A stretch of 64,000 bases of DNA from Octopus bimaculoides (taxonomy: Eukaryota). The stretch lies in NCBI RefSeq assembly GCF_001194135.2, contig NC_068995.1, forward strand, positions 20,747,629 through 20,811,628, given 5' to 3'. A model generated the notes under the pieces. The model made no database searches. It was not told the DNA's origin and was given only the letters and a program-made list of their open reading frames with translations. Shown here piece after piece: positions 26,860-40,611 of this stretch. A program made the translations under genes and the position numbers. Position 1 is the stretch's first letter. Every line of letters starts with the position of its first letter.

Positions 26860-27010
26860 AGGGTAAGTCAATGACATCAACGATTCGTATTTTATCGATT
26901 CCAAAAACATAAAAGGCAAAGTCGCTCTCAGCGAAATTTAAACTCAGAGCTTAAAGACGGATGAAATGCCGCAAAGTGAGATGCGCTAACGATTCTACCA
27001 GCTCACCGCC
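26860..27010 (-). mobile_element. SINE family A, diverged
   Basis: aaaggcaaagtcgctctcagcgaaatttaaactcag..gctaacgattctaccagctcaccgcc. Confidence 0.7.
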
Positions 27011-28164
27011 TTAGTCTTACAAAATATATTACTATATGTTAGGGTATCTTTGAAACTATGTTGCAATGTGTTAGAATATGCTACAAAATATATTACAATG
27101 TCTACATTGGTAAGATCGCGAAACAGTAGAGATGGTCCTTCACACCAACAATACAAACTTGCGAGGAATGCTCTATGTAGCTCTCGATCTCTTTGAAATA
27201 GCAGCCAGATCTCCTTCATATCACAGTCTATTATTCTATAGAGCAAAATCCAGGATGGTCTGCTCGTTCGTGACTGTGAACTATATCTAAACAACGACAA
27301 AACGATATCGTTTCCTGAACGACATATTACCCAGCAGTTCATGAATATATTGAAGGATTCGTAAATATTCTTTCCAAGAAATGTAGTTGTGGTCACTTCC
27401 TTGAGTACGACGAATGGTGTCGCTGCTGTTCTCTCATCCAAAATGGTCTTATTCATCCAGGCAGGAGTAATTTATAATTTGATTATATGAATAAAATTTT
27501 TACTGTAGAAGCGATAAGGATTGAGAAAAAAGCTTCCAATCGCCTCTTTCCTTTTTTTGGTGATTAAAACTTAGGAGAAGAACATCCGTTAAATTTCTGG
27601 ATTTTTCGTACAAGTTTAACTGATTAGCGCTTATTAATTGAGCTGCTTGCAGATTGTTAACAGAAGTGTTTGTGACTGAAGACAATTACAATATCATGTA
27701 TATAATGGAAGAGTAAAAGATCTGAAGCTAAAGTCGAAAGATAAAAAAATTATATGTGGTGTCCTCGGGCTGTGGCTGTTAATGCAAGGGAGATAACCAT
27801 ACCTTCACAACACGAGACGTGATTAGAAATTTGAATTCTAAATTAAGGAATACTGAGAAAAAGATTCACATAGTTCCCTTATTTAATATTCTTCTTCTTC
27901 TTCTTCTTATTATTATTTTATCTATTACGAAGTCTTTACAATTTCTGTTTACTGGTAATCATATGCACCACTTTTTCATTCCTTGTTTCCCTCTTGGTTC
28001 TCGGTGGCAAATAAAAAGAAGAGACCTCAACAACACTGAAAATGTCAGCTTATGGCAAGAAAATGCCTTTGGTCAAATTTCCATTTTCCTCTTTGTAACC
28101 TCTGAAAAGAGAGAAGCAGAATTTGCTTCAGCAACTTTTCTTTTTCCTTCAGTGATACATTCCT

Positions 28165-28384
28165 TATTTCTTTACTGCCCACTAGGGGCTACACACAGAG
28201 GGAACAAACAAATGGATTAAGTCGATTATATCGACCCCAGTGCGTAACTGGTACTTATTTAATCGACCCCGAAAGGATGAAAGGCAAAGTCGACCTCGGC
28301 GGAATTTGAACTCAGAACATTAGCAGCAGATGAAATACCGCTAAGCATTTCGCCCGGGGTGTTAACGACTCTGCCATCTCGCCG
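28165..28384 (-). mobile_element. SINE family A (tail type 2), full length with TSD
   Basis: Perfect 18-bp direct repeat cttcagtgatacattcct at 28147-28164 and 28385-28402. Confidence 0.92.
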
Positions 28385-28776
28385 CTTCAGTGATACATTC
28401 CTGCCAACCGATGGACACCAAGAGAAATACAAGAAGGAACTGAAACAAAAGGAATAAAAAATATATATACAAAAAATAAAAATAATAGATAAAAATAAGA
28501 GCAGTGAAATGATTCTCTCTTCCGCACCGATATTTCTAAATTTGCTATCGCTTTCATTGAAAAATAAATTGATTCGGAGTTGGAGGAATACTTGGAGATT
28601 CTGGGCAATAATGAGAGTAGAAAACTTGGGAAGAATGAGCTTCCCACTGATAAAGAATATTACGTGACTGCAGTGCTTTAAATTGCCGATGTTGACGAAG
28701 GATAACAACGAGAAGTTTGCATTTATCAAACTGGATTGCATTCTATCTCTAACCGCTCCTTTCGTTTTTCAAGCAT

Positions 28777-29183
28777 AGGCGCAGGAGTGGCTGTGTGGTA
28801 AGTAGCTTGCTTACCAACCACATGGTTCCGGGTTCAGTCCCACTGCGTGGCACCTTGGGCAAGTGTCTTCTACTATAGCCTCGGGCCGAGCAAAGCCTTG
28901 TGAGTGGATTTGGTAGACGGAAACTGAAAGAAGCCCGTCGTATATATGTATATATATATATATATATATGCGTTTGTGTGTCTGTGTTTGTCCCTCCAAC
29001 ATCGCTTGACAACCGATGCTGGTGTGTTTACGCCCCCGTAACTTAGCGGTTCTGCAAAAGAGACCGATAAAGTAAGTACTAGGCTTACAAAGAATAAGTC
29101 TTGGGGTCGATTTGCTCGACTAAAAGTGGTGCTCCAGCATGGCCGCAGTTAAATGACTGAAACAAGTAAAAGAGTAAAAGAAT
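28777..29183 (+). mobile_element. Composite SINE, family B, full length (tRNA-like head, CORE-like segment, microsatellite, 3' module)
   Basis: A box tggctgtgtgg, B box ggttcagtcc, CORE-like accttgggcaagt, internal (TA)/(GT) spacer, 3' module ending gaaacaagtaaaagagtaaaag. Confidence 0.88.
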
Positions 29184-29621
29184 ATAGGTACCCAGATAAC
29201 ACATAGAACTATATTATCCAATATCCTTTTCGATTCTAAGGCAGATGGGAGTGATTTAAGGGTTGGATTTCGCTCCCTTTTATAGTAAACCAATGGATAG
29301 GAAGAGGCTTCAGCATTAGTCCTGTTTTTCTTTCTTTTTTATCGTTGCTCCTTATGGTAATCTTTTTAGTATTTTAGTTTACACCGTTGACTTAAATTTA
29401 GATGGTAGTTCAAAATCTAATTTAGTTGTTCGTGGAATTTTGTCGCTGCAGGGATAATCTGTGGCACAATCACAATGAACAAGAAAATGGTAGAAAGCTT
29501 GTTTGTGTGTTGGAGATGTTATGAGTAACATCAATGATTGTTTCCTTAAATTGCTCCCTAACTATTTTTAATTATATATAATCGTTAGACGCCAATGCTG
29601 TATCGTTTATTATTATCATTA

Positions 29622-29689
<68 letters not shown>

Positions 29690-29710
29690 GTTATTATTAT
29701 TATTATTATT

Positions 29711-31420
29711 ACGCTAGAGCATGTTAATTTAGTTAGGGGGCATTTTATCTTGAAGTTTTGGGACAAGTCTCAAATCTCAAGAATTTTTCTTAGGATTCTT
29801 ACAAAACATAGATGATACTTCTTTTCAGGAGTGCAATGCGAGTTTCAATTCCACTCTTTTTCAGTCTTGTAGATAGCATTTGGGTGTTGTGCCAAGTGCA
29901 CGTTGCTACAGGAATAATTGTTGTCTTCCACCCTCACCTCAGCTCTCTGTCTATATATCCTAATAATTCTCAATTTTTTCCATTTCTTTGGTATCGACTT
30001 AATTATATGGAATTGCAAAATCGTACAGCTTGTTTATTTTGTCCTCTATAGTCACATCTGGTCTTCTTCAACAGTATGGTCAGTCTTGGTTGGTAAGTCC
30101 CACAAGTTCTTGTAATTCTCATTTTCTATCACAACCTCTGCTTCATGTTCATACCAGTTTTATGTTGTTTTGAAACCACACACCTGGCTAACAATCCAAT
30201 ATACTCTTTTGCTTTCACAGGCATGTCTGCGTTTGTACTCCTTTTGTATTAGGATACTGCATTCACTCAAACTGTGGTTGATAATTTCGTCTATTTACCT
30301 GCAAATTCTACAGTTGCACTCTGACTGAGTTTGTCAATCTTTGCCTTTATCAGATTTGCCCTAAAGGTTTTGTTCCCGAGCGGTTATAATTAGCGTTTCT
30401 GTTTCTCTTTCCAAGTTCCCATACGTCAACCAGAGCCAGCGATATTTACTGCCAAAATTCTCGTTTTGTTACATGGATTGGCCATGGAAATTCCTGCCTT
30501 TTGTCTGTTCTGTTGTTATTCCTGTCTTCTTTGAATTCGTTTACTGTTTCAGTCAACTCTTTGATATTTATTGCTGCCAACAGTATTCTTTTTTTACTCA
30601 GCACAGCGTAATTTTTCAGAACCAGTATCGCGGTATTAGCAGTGTCTTCTACGCTTCGTAATCTTCTGCCAACTTCTCTTCTTGTTGATAGAGTCGGCCG
30701 GTTTCACTTATAAGAAGGAATGCGTCTGTACATTGTGAGCGGCTTTCTAGTTTTTCTACCCAAATTGTGTAGTTCGATCTTTAACCATTTCAGAAAGAGA
30801 GCCAAGTATCTCAATGCTGGCATAACCCATGTATTTATGGTTTTAATGATGTTTACTTCATTTGAATTTGTTTCAACCACCTTCCTAATTCACATTTTGT
30901 ACTTTTTAGTGACTTTCTCTCGCATTTCTCTTTCTTTTATCCTAACGTCTTGCAGCACTTGTGGGAATTTGTGTCCCTTATTATTCTACTGTGACCGAAT
31001 GATGTTGTCCTGTGGTCATTTTAAGGCACCAGACTTTACCTTCTTGCCTCGCTTCACAGTTAGTACTGCACACTTATTTATTCCAAACTGCATTCCAATA
31101 TCTTTACTAAATACACTTACTGCTTGGATCAAAAATCTAGGTCTGTCTCAGTTTTGTGCATATCTTGAGGTCATCCAATACAAAGTAAGTGATTCAATTT
31201 CATCTTGGATTTGGCAAACTCATAGGTAGGCCTGGATTTTCTCAGTATGCTTGTCAGAGGCATTAGAGCAATGACTACGTATTTTCACCTTACCTAGCGA
31301 TTCAACTGTACATGTCACTTCATCTTCCCACACTGGCATTGCTTTCTGCAGAAATTTTTTTTCATCTTCTCACTGACTGACAGACTCAAAGAGCCAGCTT
31401 CGCTGCTGACTCGTTCATAC
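29711..31420 (-). pseudogene. Fossil R4/Dong-like non-LTR retrotransposon (RT, CCHC, RLE, 3'UTR) ending in (TAA)n
   Basis: Manual translation: KLNHLL.xDDLK (DD at 31176-31171), DIGMQFGINKCA, TINTWVMPALRY, CRICx8Hx4C..EYKRRH, RRPDVTIEDK..DFAIP, KEMEKIENY, IIPVA..LG, RILRKILEI*. A short UTR then abuts (TAA)n at 29625-29710. Many stops and frameshifts; the QGD motif is deleted. Confidence 0.85.
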
Positions 31421-31771
31421 GCGCTGAAAATTTGTAACGTGATATCTCCATGTATTCTAGATGCTTTTGAATGAGTTAATTTTCATTTTACTCAGGAGCG
31501 CTTATTCAACATTTTGGAATCCACTTCTCACTGGGACTGGATTTTAGAAAATAATCCCCTTTCCATTTCGCTTTTGAATTTATATCAGTAATGATATTAT
31601 GATTGCACGCCCTTAAAAAAATATAGTTAACAAAACAAAATAGGAATCAAAGGGAAAGTAAAATTGATAATACGAATGATATAGAAACCGATTATAGAAA
31701 ATTTTAATAAGTCACGTTTAACAGCAGAAGCAACAGCGAAACCAAAAACAAGAACATAAACTACGACAATG

Positions 31772-31840
<69 letters not shown>

Positions 31841-32624
31841 GAAAGTGTCGCAAACTGTAACCGAACCGCATCATTTACAACCGTACTTTCGAGCAAAAAA
31901 TGTCTATGTATGATTCATTTTGCTGAATGGACTAACGCATGATAGCATTTTGTTCATTAGATAAAAAGAAACCTGACACAATCTATTGCAATGCAAGTAA
32001 CCAAAGACACGGGTATTTTCCTTGTTGAATCTAAGGAAGATTTGGACACATTTCTAAGAAGCACACTAATCGACACGTTTTATTCGAAAGGAAGAGATTG
32101 TAAGACATCAAATGCGGCACATTCAAAATAGAGGACACAATTATAACTCAAGCTCAAATTTCATGAAATACACCCGTACACAATCTTGCTCTACAATATT
32201 CGAAAAAGACTAATGATTTGTAGGTACGTGGTATTTCGTTATGCAACCATAATATACCATAAAGTATATTGAATGTTTGTTTCTCTTTTTATAAGTCAAC
32301 ACCACGATCTACTGCGGTAGCAGTGCGCGTTACATTATTTTGTTAATGTTATTTCTACAGATATTCCATAGAGCACTGATTTTTGCTACAACGTTTCGTA
32401 TACTTCACGTCAGATGTAAACAAACAATGAGAAAAAGAAAACACAAGTCACCAGCAAAGGTATCAGTGACAATATCGCCCCTTCTTTCCTATTTTCTTTC
32501 ATGGTATACTACTAGATGTAGGTGGTCAGTACTGAGGCAGCATTCTGTGACATTTAATCGGGTGCCACCATCATGAATATAAAGTCTCCGTGAGGGTGCA
32601 AAGCCCCAAAATGATTCCAGATGC

Positions 32625-32880
32625 AGGCGCAGGCGTGGATGCATGGTAAGAAGCTAGCTTTCAAACCATATGGGTCCGAATCCGGTCCCACTACGTGGTA
32701 CCTTGGGCAAGCGTCTTGTACTATAGCCTGGTGCCAACCAAAGCCTTGTAAGTGGATTTGGTAGAGAGAAACTGAAAGAAATCCGTCGCATATGTATATA
32801 TATAAAAAATGTTGAAAACTGGGGTCAGTGTAACCGACTTACCACCTCCCCTAAACTTGCGGGCCTTGTGTAAAAGTTCC
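32625..32880 (+). mobile_element. SINE family B head with a family A-like tail
   Basis: ggcgcaggcgtggatgcatggtaagaagctagc..accttgggcaag..gaaactgaaagaaatccgtcg, followed by cctcccctaaacttgcgggccttgtg. Confidence 0.7.
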
Positions 32881-32906
32881 AAACTATTGTTACATCTATA
32901 GCAAAG

Positions 32907-33120
32907 TGGCGAGCTGGCAGAAGCATTAACACATCAGGCAAAATGCTTAGCTGCATTTCGTTCATCTCAATATTTTGATTTCAAATTCCACCGAGGTAGA
33001 CTTTGCCTTTCATCCCTTTCGGGGTCGGTAAATTAAGTGCCAGCCAAGTGCTGAGGTCTATGTAATCGACTATCCCCTTTCCCACAAATTCCAGGCCTTG
33101 CGCCTATAGTAGAAAAAGAT
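32907..33120 (+). mobile_element. SINE family A (tail type 1)
   Basis: Head ggcgagctggcagaa and core present; flanking repeat ttacatctatag on both sides. Confidence 0.82.
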
Positions 33121-33371
33121 TATTACATCTATAGTATGGTGTGAGAATGGTCAGACAGCTGGATTAAGCGTCCGCTAGTATTTTCGTTTCCTCAGGTTCA
33201 GAGTTCAAATCACAAAAAGACAGACCATGCTTTTCACCCTTCCATGATCGATAAAATACAGTACTAGACAACTAATGGTTTGATTAATCGACTGTCCCCT
33301 TTCACTAAATGTGTAGATTTGTAGCTTCATTAGAAATCAATAGTTATTAGTGAATTTAAAATTTCTATTTC

Positions 33372-33410
<39 letters not shown>

Positions 33411-34179
33411 ATTTCGTTGGTAGGTGTCTAGGCAACACATAGTGTTCTTCAATAGTGTCTCCGTGGTATGAGTGTTAGCTCTGTATGCGTCTATGTGTGT
33501 GCTTATGAGTGCATATATGTGTATGCATGTATTTGTGTGTGTCTGTGTCTTTGCTATTTATTACCATTTACAGTTAACTTGTAAAAAAGAAAAAAAGTTT
33601 AAAAGTTGCTCTGGAAATTGCGAGATCCGACAAATGCTTATGTTATCTGGTTAAGAATGCCATAGTAATACCTGGTCTGGGTAACAATCACACTTTTAAT
33701 AAGATTCTTGGATACAGAATAGAATTGTTGATTAAAATGTGTTGTCAAGTCCAACTTCATAAATAGAAAAATAAAGCAAAGGGCAAAAAAAAAAAAAAAA
33801 ACCGAAAAAATACAGCAGCTTAAAGATTATCAGCAAAGTAACCATTGAACTGGCAATGTTCCTAAAACAACTTGAGCCAGATAGAAAAGTCCTTTGTTCA
33901 ACTAATATCATAAAATATTGGGATGCTTGAAGCATTACATGGCAGATTTCCCCCTTTTCATTAAATACGCAACTTCAAACAAGTGTTATACTGTAGTTTT
34001 AACCTTATAATCGAACTTATACCTCGTAACACGAAGTATTGTATTGTAACTTTACACCTCTAAACAGTATTACGAAGTGTTATGGGGTTTTACTCTTCGA
34101 CAAGACTTCTAGCTGTGATACTCAGTGTTATACAAGTCTTTTTCTCATCGAATACTCTAAGAGGAAAATACTGGTTTAA

Positions 34180-34385
34180 AATTTTGGCACAAGGCCAGCA
34201 AGTTTAGGGGAGGGCTAAGTCGATTACACGAACTCCAGGGCTCAACTGATACTTACTTTATCGACCCCGAACACGGATGAAAGGCAAAGTCGACCTCAGC
34301 AGAAATTTGAACACAGAACGTACAGACGGACGAAATACCGCTAAGCTTTTGTCCGGCGTGCTAACGATTCTGCCAGATCACTGCT
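34180..34385 (-). mobile_element. SINE family A (tail type 1)
   Basis: Reverse core ggatgaaaggcaaagtcgacctcagc..gctaacgattctgccag. Confidence 0.82.
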
Positions 34386-35424
34386 TTAATGTGACAGGAA
34401 AATAATACAACTTTCCTCTATGCCAGACAAAATGTTATACTGTAAATTTTATACTGCTATACTATATTATGCTATGGTATATGGCTTATTAAACTACAGC
34501 TTTACATTTCTGTGCGATATTAACTTGTCACACAAATTGTTATACTACAGTTGTACACTTTTATAGTTAATCTATGTCACGCGATGTATTGTATTACAGG
34601 TTCATCATTCTATACGAAATGACAGGAATTGTACTACACAATATTGCACGTATTGCATTACATAATTTCACATTATGTCATACTAAGTAAAGTAGTGAGT
34701 TGGCAGAATTGTTAGAGTGTTGTTCAAAATGCTCGGCGGCATTAATTCAGTTCTTTACTTTTTATCAAATTCAGCCGATGTCATCTTTGCTTTTTATTCT
34801 TTTGGGCCTGATAAAAATGTACCTGTTAATTACTGGGATCGGTGTCAGTGAATAAACGTTTTGCCCAGTATCAGAAACAATTGTCACATAAACCTTTGTA
34901 CCACAACTTCACAAGTCTATTCATTACACGGTATCATATTAAATGTTATGCTTTACACTTGAACCAATGAAAAGCTCCCTAGGCAGTCAGCCGAATTGCT
35001 AGAAACCACAACATACGTACCCGAAGCACATACATCCGATATAATAATACTTTCAATAATGTGGTGTAGTCATAGATGCAGTATGAATAAAATATAGAAC
35101 AGTGACAGCTGGAGAGTCTTTGATCAAATGTTTGATCAGATCGAGTAAAGCACACAGATTATTCAATTTATTGCATTACAAAATTATATACAACGCTTTC
35201 TTCCTACATTAACAACACAATGGTAGACTGTTCAGCAATACTTATCTATAATACAGTATTAACCATACTTCATATTACAACAAAACTCTTTAGATATCCA
35301 ACGTTAATTAATCTACATTACACAATGATATCCTATAGCTCAACACTACATTACATCTTTATTCAATACAGTTATACTACACTATGTTACAGAATGATGT
35401 ATTGTGGTTCTTTTGTTACATTAT

Positions 35425-35720
35425 CATGGATTCTCAACCATTTTTTACCTATGGACCCCTTTTGATTACTATTTTATTCTGGTGGGCCCCCATAGCCATT
35501 CGATGTTTAGAAACTAGTTTTATAGAAACTTCTTTCAAAATTCTGTTTAGTTTTTTACGCATTAAATTGCATGAGTTGAACTATGTAAAACGTTAGAGAA
35601 AGAAATCTCTTTTTTTTTGTAATACCAATACATAAATCTAAAGCAACGTTTTTTCAGGGGCCCTTAAAATACTATTGTGCATCCCCAATTTACTATTTTG
35701 TTGCGTGGAATCCCACCGCA
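35425..35720. mobile_element. Possible hAT/Charlie-type non-autonomous fragment
   Basis: Starts catggattctcaacc, resembling the CAGTGGTTCTCAAC hAT terminus; GC-rich ggacccc/gggcccc motifs. No second end or TSD confirmed. Confidence 0.3.
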
Positions 35721-35779
35721 AAAAACAAAAAACAAAAACAAAAACAAAACAATCTTATATGGTTGAAACTCATTGATCT

Positions 35780-36350
35780 AAATTATTCACTCCAGTTCTA
35801 TATTACATTACACAATGGCTCACTGAAGTTCTACTCTATATTACAAAGCGATTCAGTATTGTTCTGCTCAACATTACTGAATAATTCACTACAGTTCTAC
35901 TCAACATTCCTAAATGATTCACTTCAGTTCCACTCAGCATTTCTAAATAATTCACTACAGTTCTACTTAACATTACTAAATAATTCACTACAGTTCTACT
36001 TAACATTACTAAATAATTCACTACAGTTCTACTCAACATTACTAAATAATTCACTACAGTTCTACTCAACATTACATAATGATTTCTTATACGTCAACAC
36101 TGCGTTACACAACGATTTTCTACCGTTCTACTCTACATTTCATGATTCACTGCAGTTCTACATTATCTTATACTGCAATCCAGTATAGTTCTACACTGCA
36201 TTGCACCATGGTTCACTGCAGTTCTACTCTACGTTACTTAATAATTCACTATAGTTCTACACTGTGTTACACAATGATATACTGTAGTTCTCTTGTTAAA
36301 TTATCTACACCACATTACACACTGATACACAACAGTTCTGTAATAAAACA
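35780..36350. repeat. 33-bp minisatellite with decaying flanks
   Basis: Unit acattactaaataattcactacagttctactca, about 6 near-perfect copies at 35871-36068, with degenerate copies either side. Explains ORFs 35763, 35836 and 36079. Confidence 0.9.
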
Positions 36351-37149
36351 TTAACAACACTACATAATAATAGACTATATTATAATATGATACATTACTC
36401 TTCCACGCTACTACATTATCTACACCGCATTACACAATGGCATTCAGCAAACCTACATCACTACATTGCACCATTGATACGCTGCTTATTTACACGTCTG
36501 TTGCAGCAACAAAAATATTTCACAAAGCACTAAAATATATCTAAAGCTTATCATTTTGCCTCAGTAATTCATCTATATCTGTTCCATAAAACTGTTTACA
36601 ATAACAATAAAAGCTTCAACAAAATTTAACTGAACCCAGATTGAATAATTCAGATGTGAGTTAACAGTTAATTGTTAATCATTTCTGATTCTTTTGTGTG
36701 TCTCTTACTCCTGAAATCACACATACACTAACCTATAAACATAGAATAAGGAGAAACATTTTAGACTTTTTTTCTTTTTTGTACTGAGGGAACGATTTCC
36801 AAGTAATGTATTCCATTAAATGTGAACTGATATAATGGCAGAGAACAACAGAGAGAAATTGCTATAGAAGATATCACAAAAAGTAATCTACATACAATAT
36901 TGAATGCCCCTTTGAAAATCGATAGGACGTTTATTCTCCGTCTTCTTTCTCCGTATTCTTCAACATCATCTCAATCATTATATTGTAGTTGTTCTTGTTG
37001 TTATTCACTTGTCGTCGTCGCCACCGTCAACGTCCGTCGTCGTCGTCGTCGTCGTTGTTCTTTTTCTTTTCCTTCTTCTTACTTCCCTTCTTCTTACTCC
37101 TCCTCCTTCTCCCCTTCCTCTCAGAGACTCTACAATACAAACTTAAGTA

Positions 37150-37250
37150 ATGGCACAATACTCAGCAGAATCCATTGTCTCTGATTATGAAAAGCAAGCA
37201 CAAAAGGAAATCTACTGGGCTGCCATCATTGCGTCTGCTTTTTCAGAAAA
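37150..37250 (+). CDS. Candidate coding exon 1 of a small membrane-protein gene
   Basis: Pyrimidine tract and AG at 37123-4, upstream in-frame stop, ATG 37150, frame MAQYSAESIVSDYEKQAQKEIYWAAIIASAFSE, donor AA|GTGAGA (phase 2). Confidence 0.45.
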
Positions 37251-37627
37251 GTGAGAAATATCACAGCACAGGAATTATGGGTATTTCACCGTTTCTTTTT
37301 AACCTGAACAATTTTAAAGGAAGTGTTCTCCAAATGAATTGTTATTCAACTTCCGCAACGCTTTCTGACTTCCGTATTAGAATTAAAGAATAACTTTTAA
37401 CAGTGGCGCGTCCACATTTCTTAGAATAAGTCATCTCTGGAGCAAGAATTTTTTTTTGTTTGTGTGTGTCAGTGTATTGTTAAGTTCAAAGAGACCAGTA
37501 TGATAATAGACGGGATTTCTTTTGACAAACGACAATGTTTATAATCAACGCTGAACATGTGATATCATTGCACGTTTGATATACGTAAGAAATATATACA
37601 TGAATGCGTGCACACGTGTGCTTGTAT

Positions 37628-37727
<100 letters not shown>

Positions 37728-39000
37728 GTATGTATGCATGTGTACAAGCATACAGTACAATACATGCACAGATTTAGAATTGCATATATACATGAATGCT
37801 TGAGTTTATAAATGTATATGTGTGTGTGTGTGTGTGCGTGTGCGTATATGTGTGTGTATGCTTATATATATTTATATATTTGTATATATATGAATGTACA
37901 TATACATATACACACACATATATATACTATATAATATATATGTGTGCGTGGTGTGAATGTATACATATATGTATATATGTGTATATGTAAATACATATAT
38001 ACAAATGCATATATACATAATTACACACATGCGTGCAAAGACACACACACACGCGCGCACACATATTAAAATATATCATTTAATTTACTCAGTATTAAAA
38101 TAAGTGCCACAAATAATTTCTTGCCTTTGAATCATATGGTGAAGCAGATGTTTATAACTTGCCTAACCACGTGTCTTAATGGCAATAAGCTATTAGTAGT
38201 TCTTATTGGATGGCGTATTCTTTTTCTTGACCCTCCCTTAACGGAACAGTAAAATGTATATCATCTTTGTTACTGTATATGTCTTCATTTATGTGATGTA
38301 ACTATAGTATCAGAGCATTTTAGTCCTGACTTTTAGCAATGTAGGTGATTTTTAACATCCTAGTCAGGTCACATTTAGTGGTAATTTCATATATATATAT
38401 ATATATATATATTTAAAGCAGTTATTTACTGTCAACTTAATGTGACAGATCCATTAAGGGATTCATACTGCTGCTATTTAGCCCTAGGAAGCTGGACCGC
38501 TTTCTGTTGGCCTTGACACATTTCCTGTGTCCTTATATTTGTGAAGGGGAGACAAGCTTCCCCACCCAGCTTTAGTCTGCATTCAGGGACATGTTTCTGA
38601 GTCATTGCTCGTCATCAGTCTGAAGTAGCCGAATATGTCTATATATATAACAACAATGATTCTTTTGCAAGAATCTGCAGAAGGAGAAGATGCAAAAGCA
38701 ACAACAGAAACAGCAAAAGCTACGACAGCGACAATTACAATAATAGCTAGACGGGAAACAAGAGCACCTGCATTAAATTCTAAAATTATAACAATCATCG
38801 ACATCAGGTGACATTGAAGCTTCCTCTAGGCTGTCTTTCGATTTGTTACAAGTAACAACCATGTTTTCGTCAAATTCTAGATCACCGTCTCAATCAAGGA
38901 AGATCGCAGTAGATAATTCAATCTAGAAGACAGTTGCGAAGATATGATGTGCAACAACAAAAGTAACATCACACAAGGATTCTTTTTTTCTTTTAGCCAG

Positions 39001-39071
39001 AATTCACATCTTTTTATCTCAACATTCTCTTGAGTCTAGTAAAGAGGGACAGCGCCGCCGTCAGTCGAAGC
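39001..39071 (+). CDS. Candidate coding exon 2
   Basis: ttctttttttcttttagccag| acceptor (needs the second AG), frame (K)IHIFLSQHSLESSKEGQRRRQSK, donor AGC|GTAAGT (phase 1). Phase matches exon 1. Confidence 0.45.
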
Positions 39072-39787
39072 GTAAGTGAGTATTTCTCCAACTGCACACT
39101 ATAAAGAATATTTTTTTGTTCAGCAGTCTTATAAAATTGCAATTTAAGGTTTTAGAAAAGTGATTTAATGAGAGGTTTTGTATTAGTTTTGCAAGAATTT
39201 TCATCTGAAATCTTGCGTTGAAACAGATAGCCTTGTTTTATACTGGAATCGTATTTAAGCCTATAAACACACCAGGTTGTGATTCACTTCTTGCTCTTGA
39301 TTATATTCCAAGAAATATTGATATTGTTTCCGTTAAATAGATTGCGAAATTTATATGCAATTGGAAAATACTTATCTAATAACGGTAGCAAAGTTTTAGC
39401 TTTGATGTTGTTTTACTTTTTACCGATGTACTAGATGACTGGTTAAATATATACTGTTCTTTCGACTATCTTCCTTATGCAGTAGGAGATACACATAACA
39501 GATGATCTTCGGCATGTAATGTCGTCGCTTGGTTCCTGCAGAGGTAGGGATTACACATATAGTCATCAATTCCAATGTAATATTTTGGAAATTAGAGAGG
39601 CACTTCATAAGTTATGCATTAAAGAGGTGCTGTCACATTGTACACCTTTTAGACCTTGTTTTTGGTTTATATCGGGAGGAAACAAACAAACAAACAAACA
39701 AACAAACAAATAAATAAATAAACTAATTAATAAAAGTCTTGTTATGGGATGAGTAAGGCAGTAGAGATTATGTAGTGGGCGGAATCT

Positions 39788-40010
39788 TTTACTTGTTTCA
39801 GTCATTTGACTGCGGCCATGCTGGAGCACTGCCTTTAGTCGAGAAAATCGACCCCAGGACTTATTCTTTGGAAGCCTAGTACTTATTCTATCGGTCTCTT
39901 TTGCCGAACCGCTAAGTTATGGGGACGTAAACACACCACCATCGGTTGTCCAGCAATGGTGGTGGGGGGGACAAACACAGACACGCAAACACACATACAT
40001 ATATATATAT
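39788..40010 (-). mobile_element. SINE family B, 3' module
   Basis: Reverse of gcttgacaaccga..tgtttacgtccccataacttagcggttcggcaaaagagaccgatagaataag..ccagcatggccgcagtc; head lost in the gap. Confidence 0.85.
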
Positions 40011-40261
40011 ATATACATATNNNNNNNNNNNNNNNNNNNNNNNNNNNNNNNNNNNNNNNNNNNNNNNNNNNNNNNNNNNNNNNNNNNNNNNNNNNNNNNN
40101 NNNNNNNNNNNNNNNNNNNNNNNNNNNNNNNNNNNNNNNNNNNNNNNNNNNNNNNNNNNNNNNNNNNNNNNNNNNNNNNNNNNNNNNNNNNNNNNNNNNN
40201 NNNNNNNNNNNNNNNNNNNNNNNNNNNNNNNNNNNNNNNNNNNNNNNNTATATATATATAT

Positions 40262-40400
40262 ATCGGAGGGATGGCTGTGTAGCAAGAAGCTTGCCTCTCA
40301 ACTATATGATTCCGAGTTTAGTCTGACTTCTTGGTATCTTGGGCAAGTGTCTTCTACCTACAGCCTTGGGCTGACCAAGGCCTTGAGAGTGATATAAGCC
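40262..40400 (+). mobile_element. SINE family B head, diverged
   Basis: tggctgtgtagcaagaagcttgc..tcttgggcaagtgtcttcta. Confidence 0.7.
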
Positions 40401-40522
40401 CCTCGTATGTATATATGTGTGTGTGTGAGTGTGTGTGAGTGTGTGTGAGTGTGTGCCTGTATGTGTCTATATCTCCCTCTGTATCTCAATCACTCTCAAT
40501 TGTTTTTACTTTCATTTTTCAG

Positions 40523-40611
40523 ATGCTATTGTTTTCATTTTAAGTTCAATTGCTATTGTTTCACTGCAAGTTTTCAATCTCTATTTTCAAACAGCAACTA
40601 CAAATTACTGA
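40523..40611 (+). CDS. Candidate terminal coding exon 3 (hydrophobic helix)
   Basis: Strong acceptor tttttactttcatttttcag|, phase 1 compatible with exon 2, frame (H)AIVFILSSIAIVSLQVFNLYFQTATTNY*. Confidence 0.4.

Noticed and set aside
26995-27456. 153-aa minus-strand ORF in non-repetitive sequence
   Set aside because: No recognisable motif in any frame and no clear splice sites; its 3' end overlaps a SINE.
35871-36068. Regularly spaced repeats as a CRISPR array
   Set aside because: Head-to-tail units with no unique spacers, no cas genes, and a eukaryotic context.
35763-36354. Repetitive ORFs (LLNNSLQFYST; MLSRTVVNYLV)
   Set aside because: Open only because the 33-bp minisatellite unit is a multiple of three.
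38640-38810. Ala/Thr-rich open frame ending at a GT
   Set aside because: Derived from decayed (ACA/GCA)n low-complexity sequence; no acceptor.
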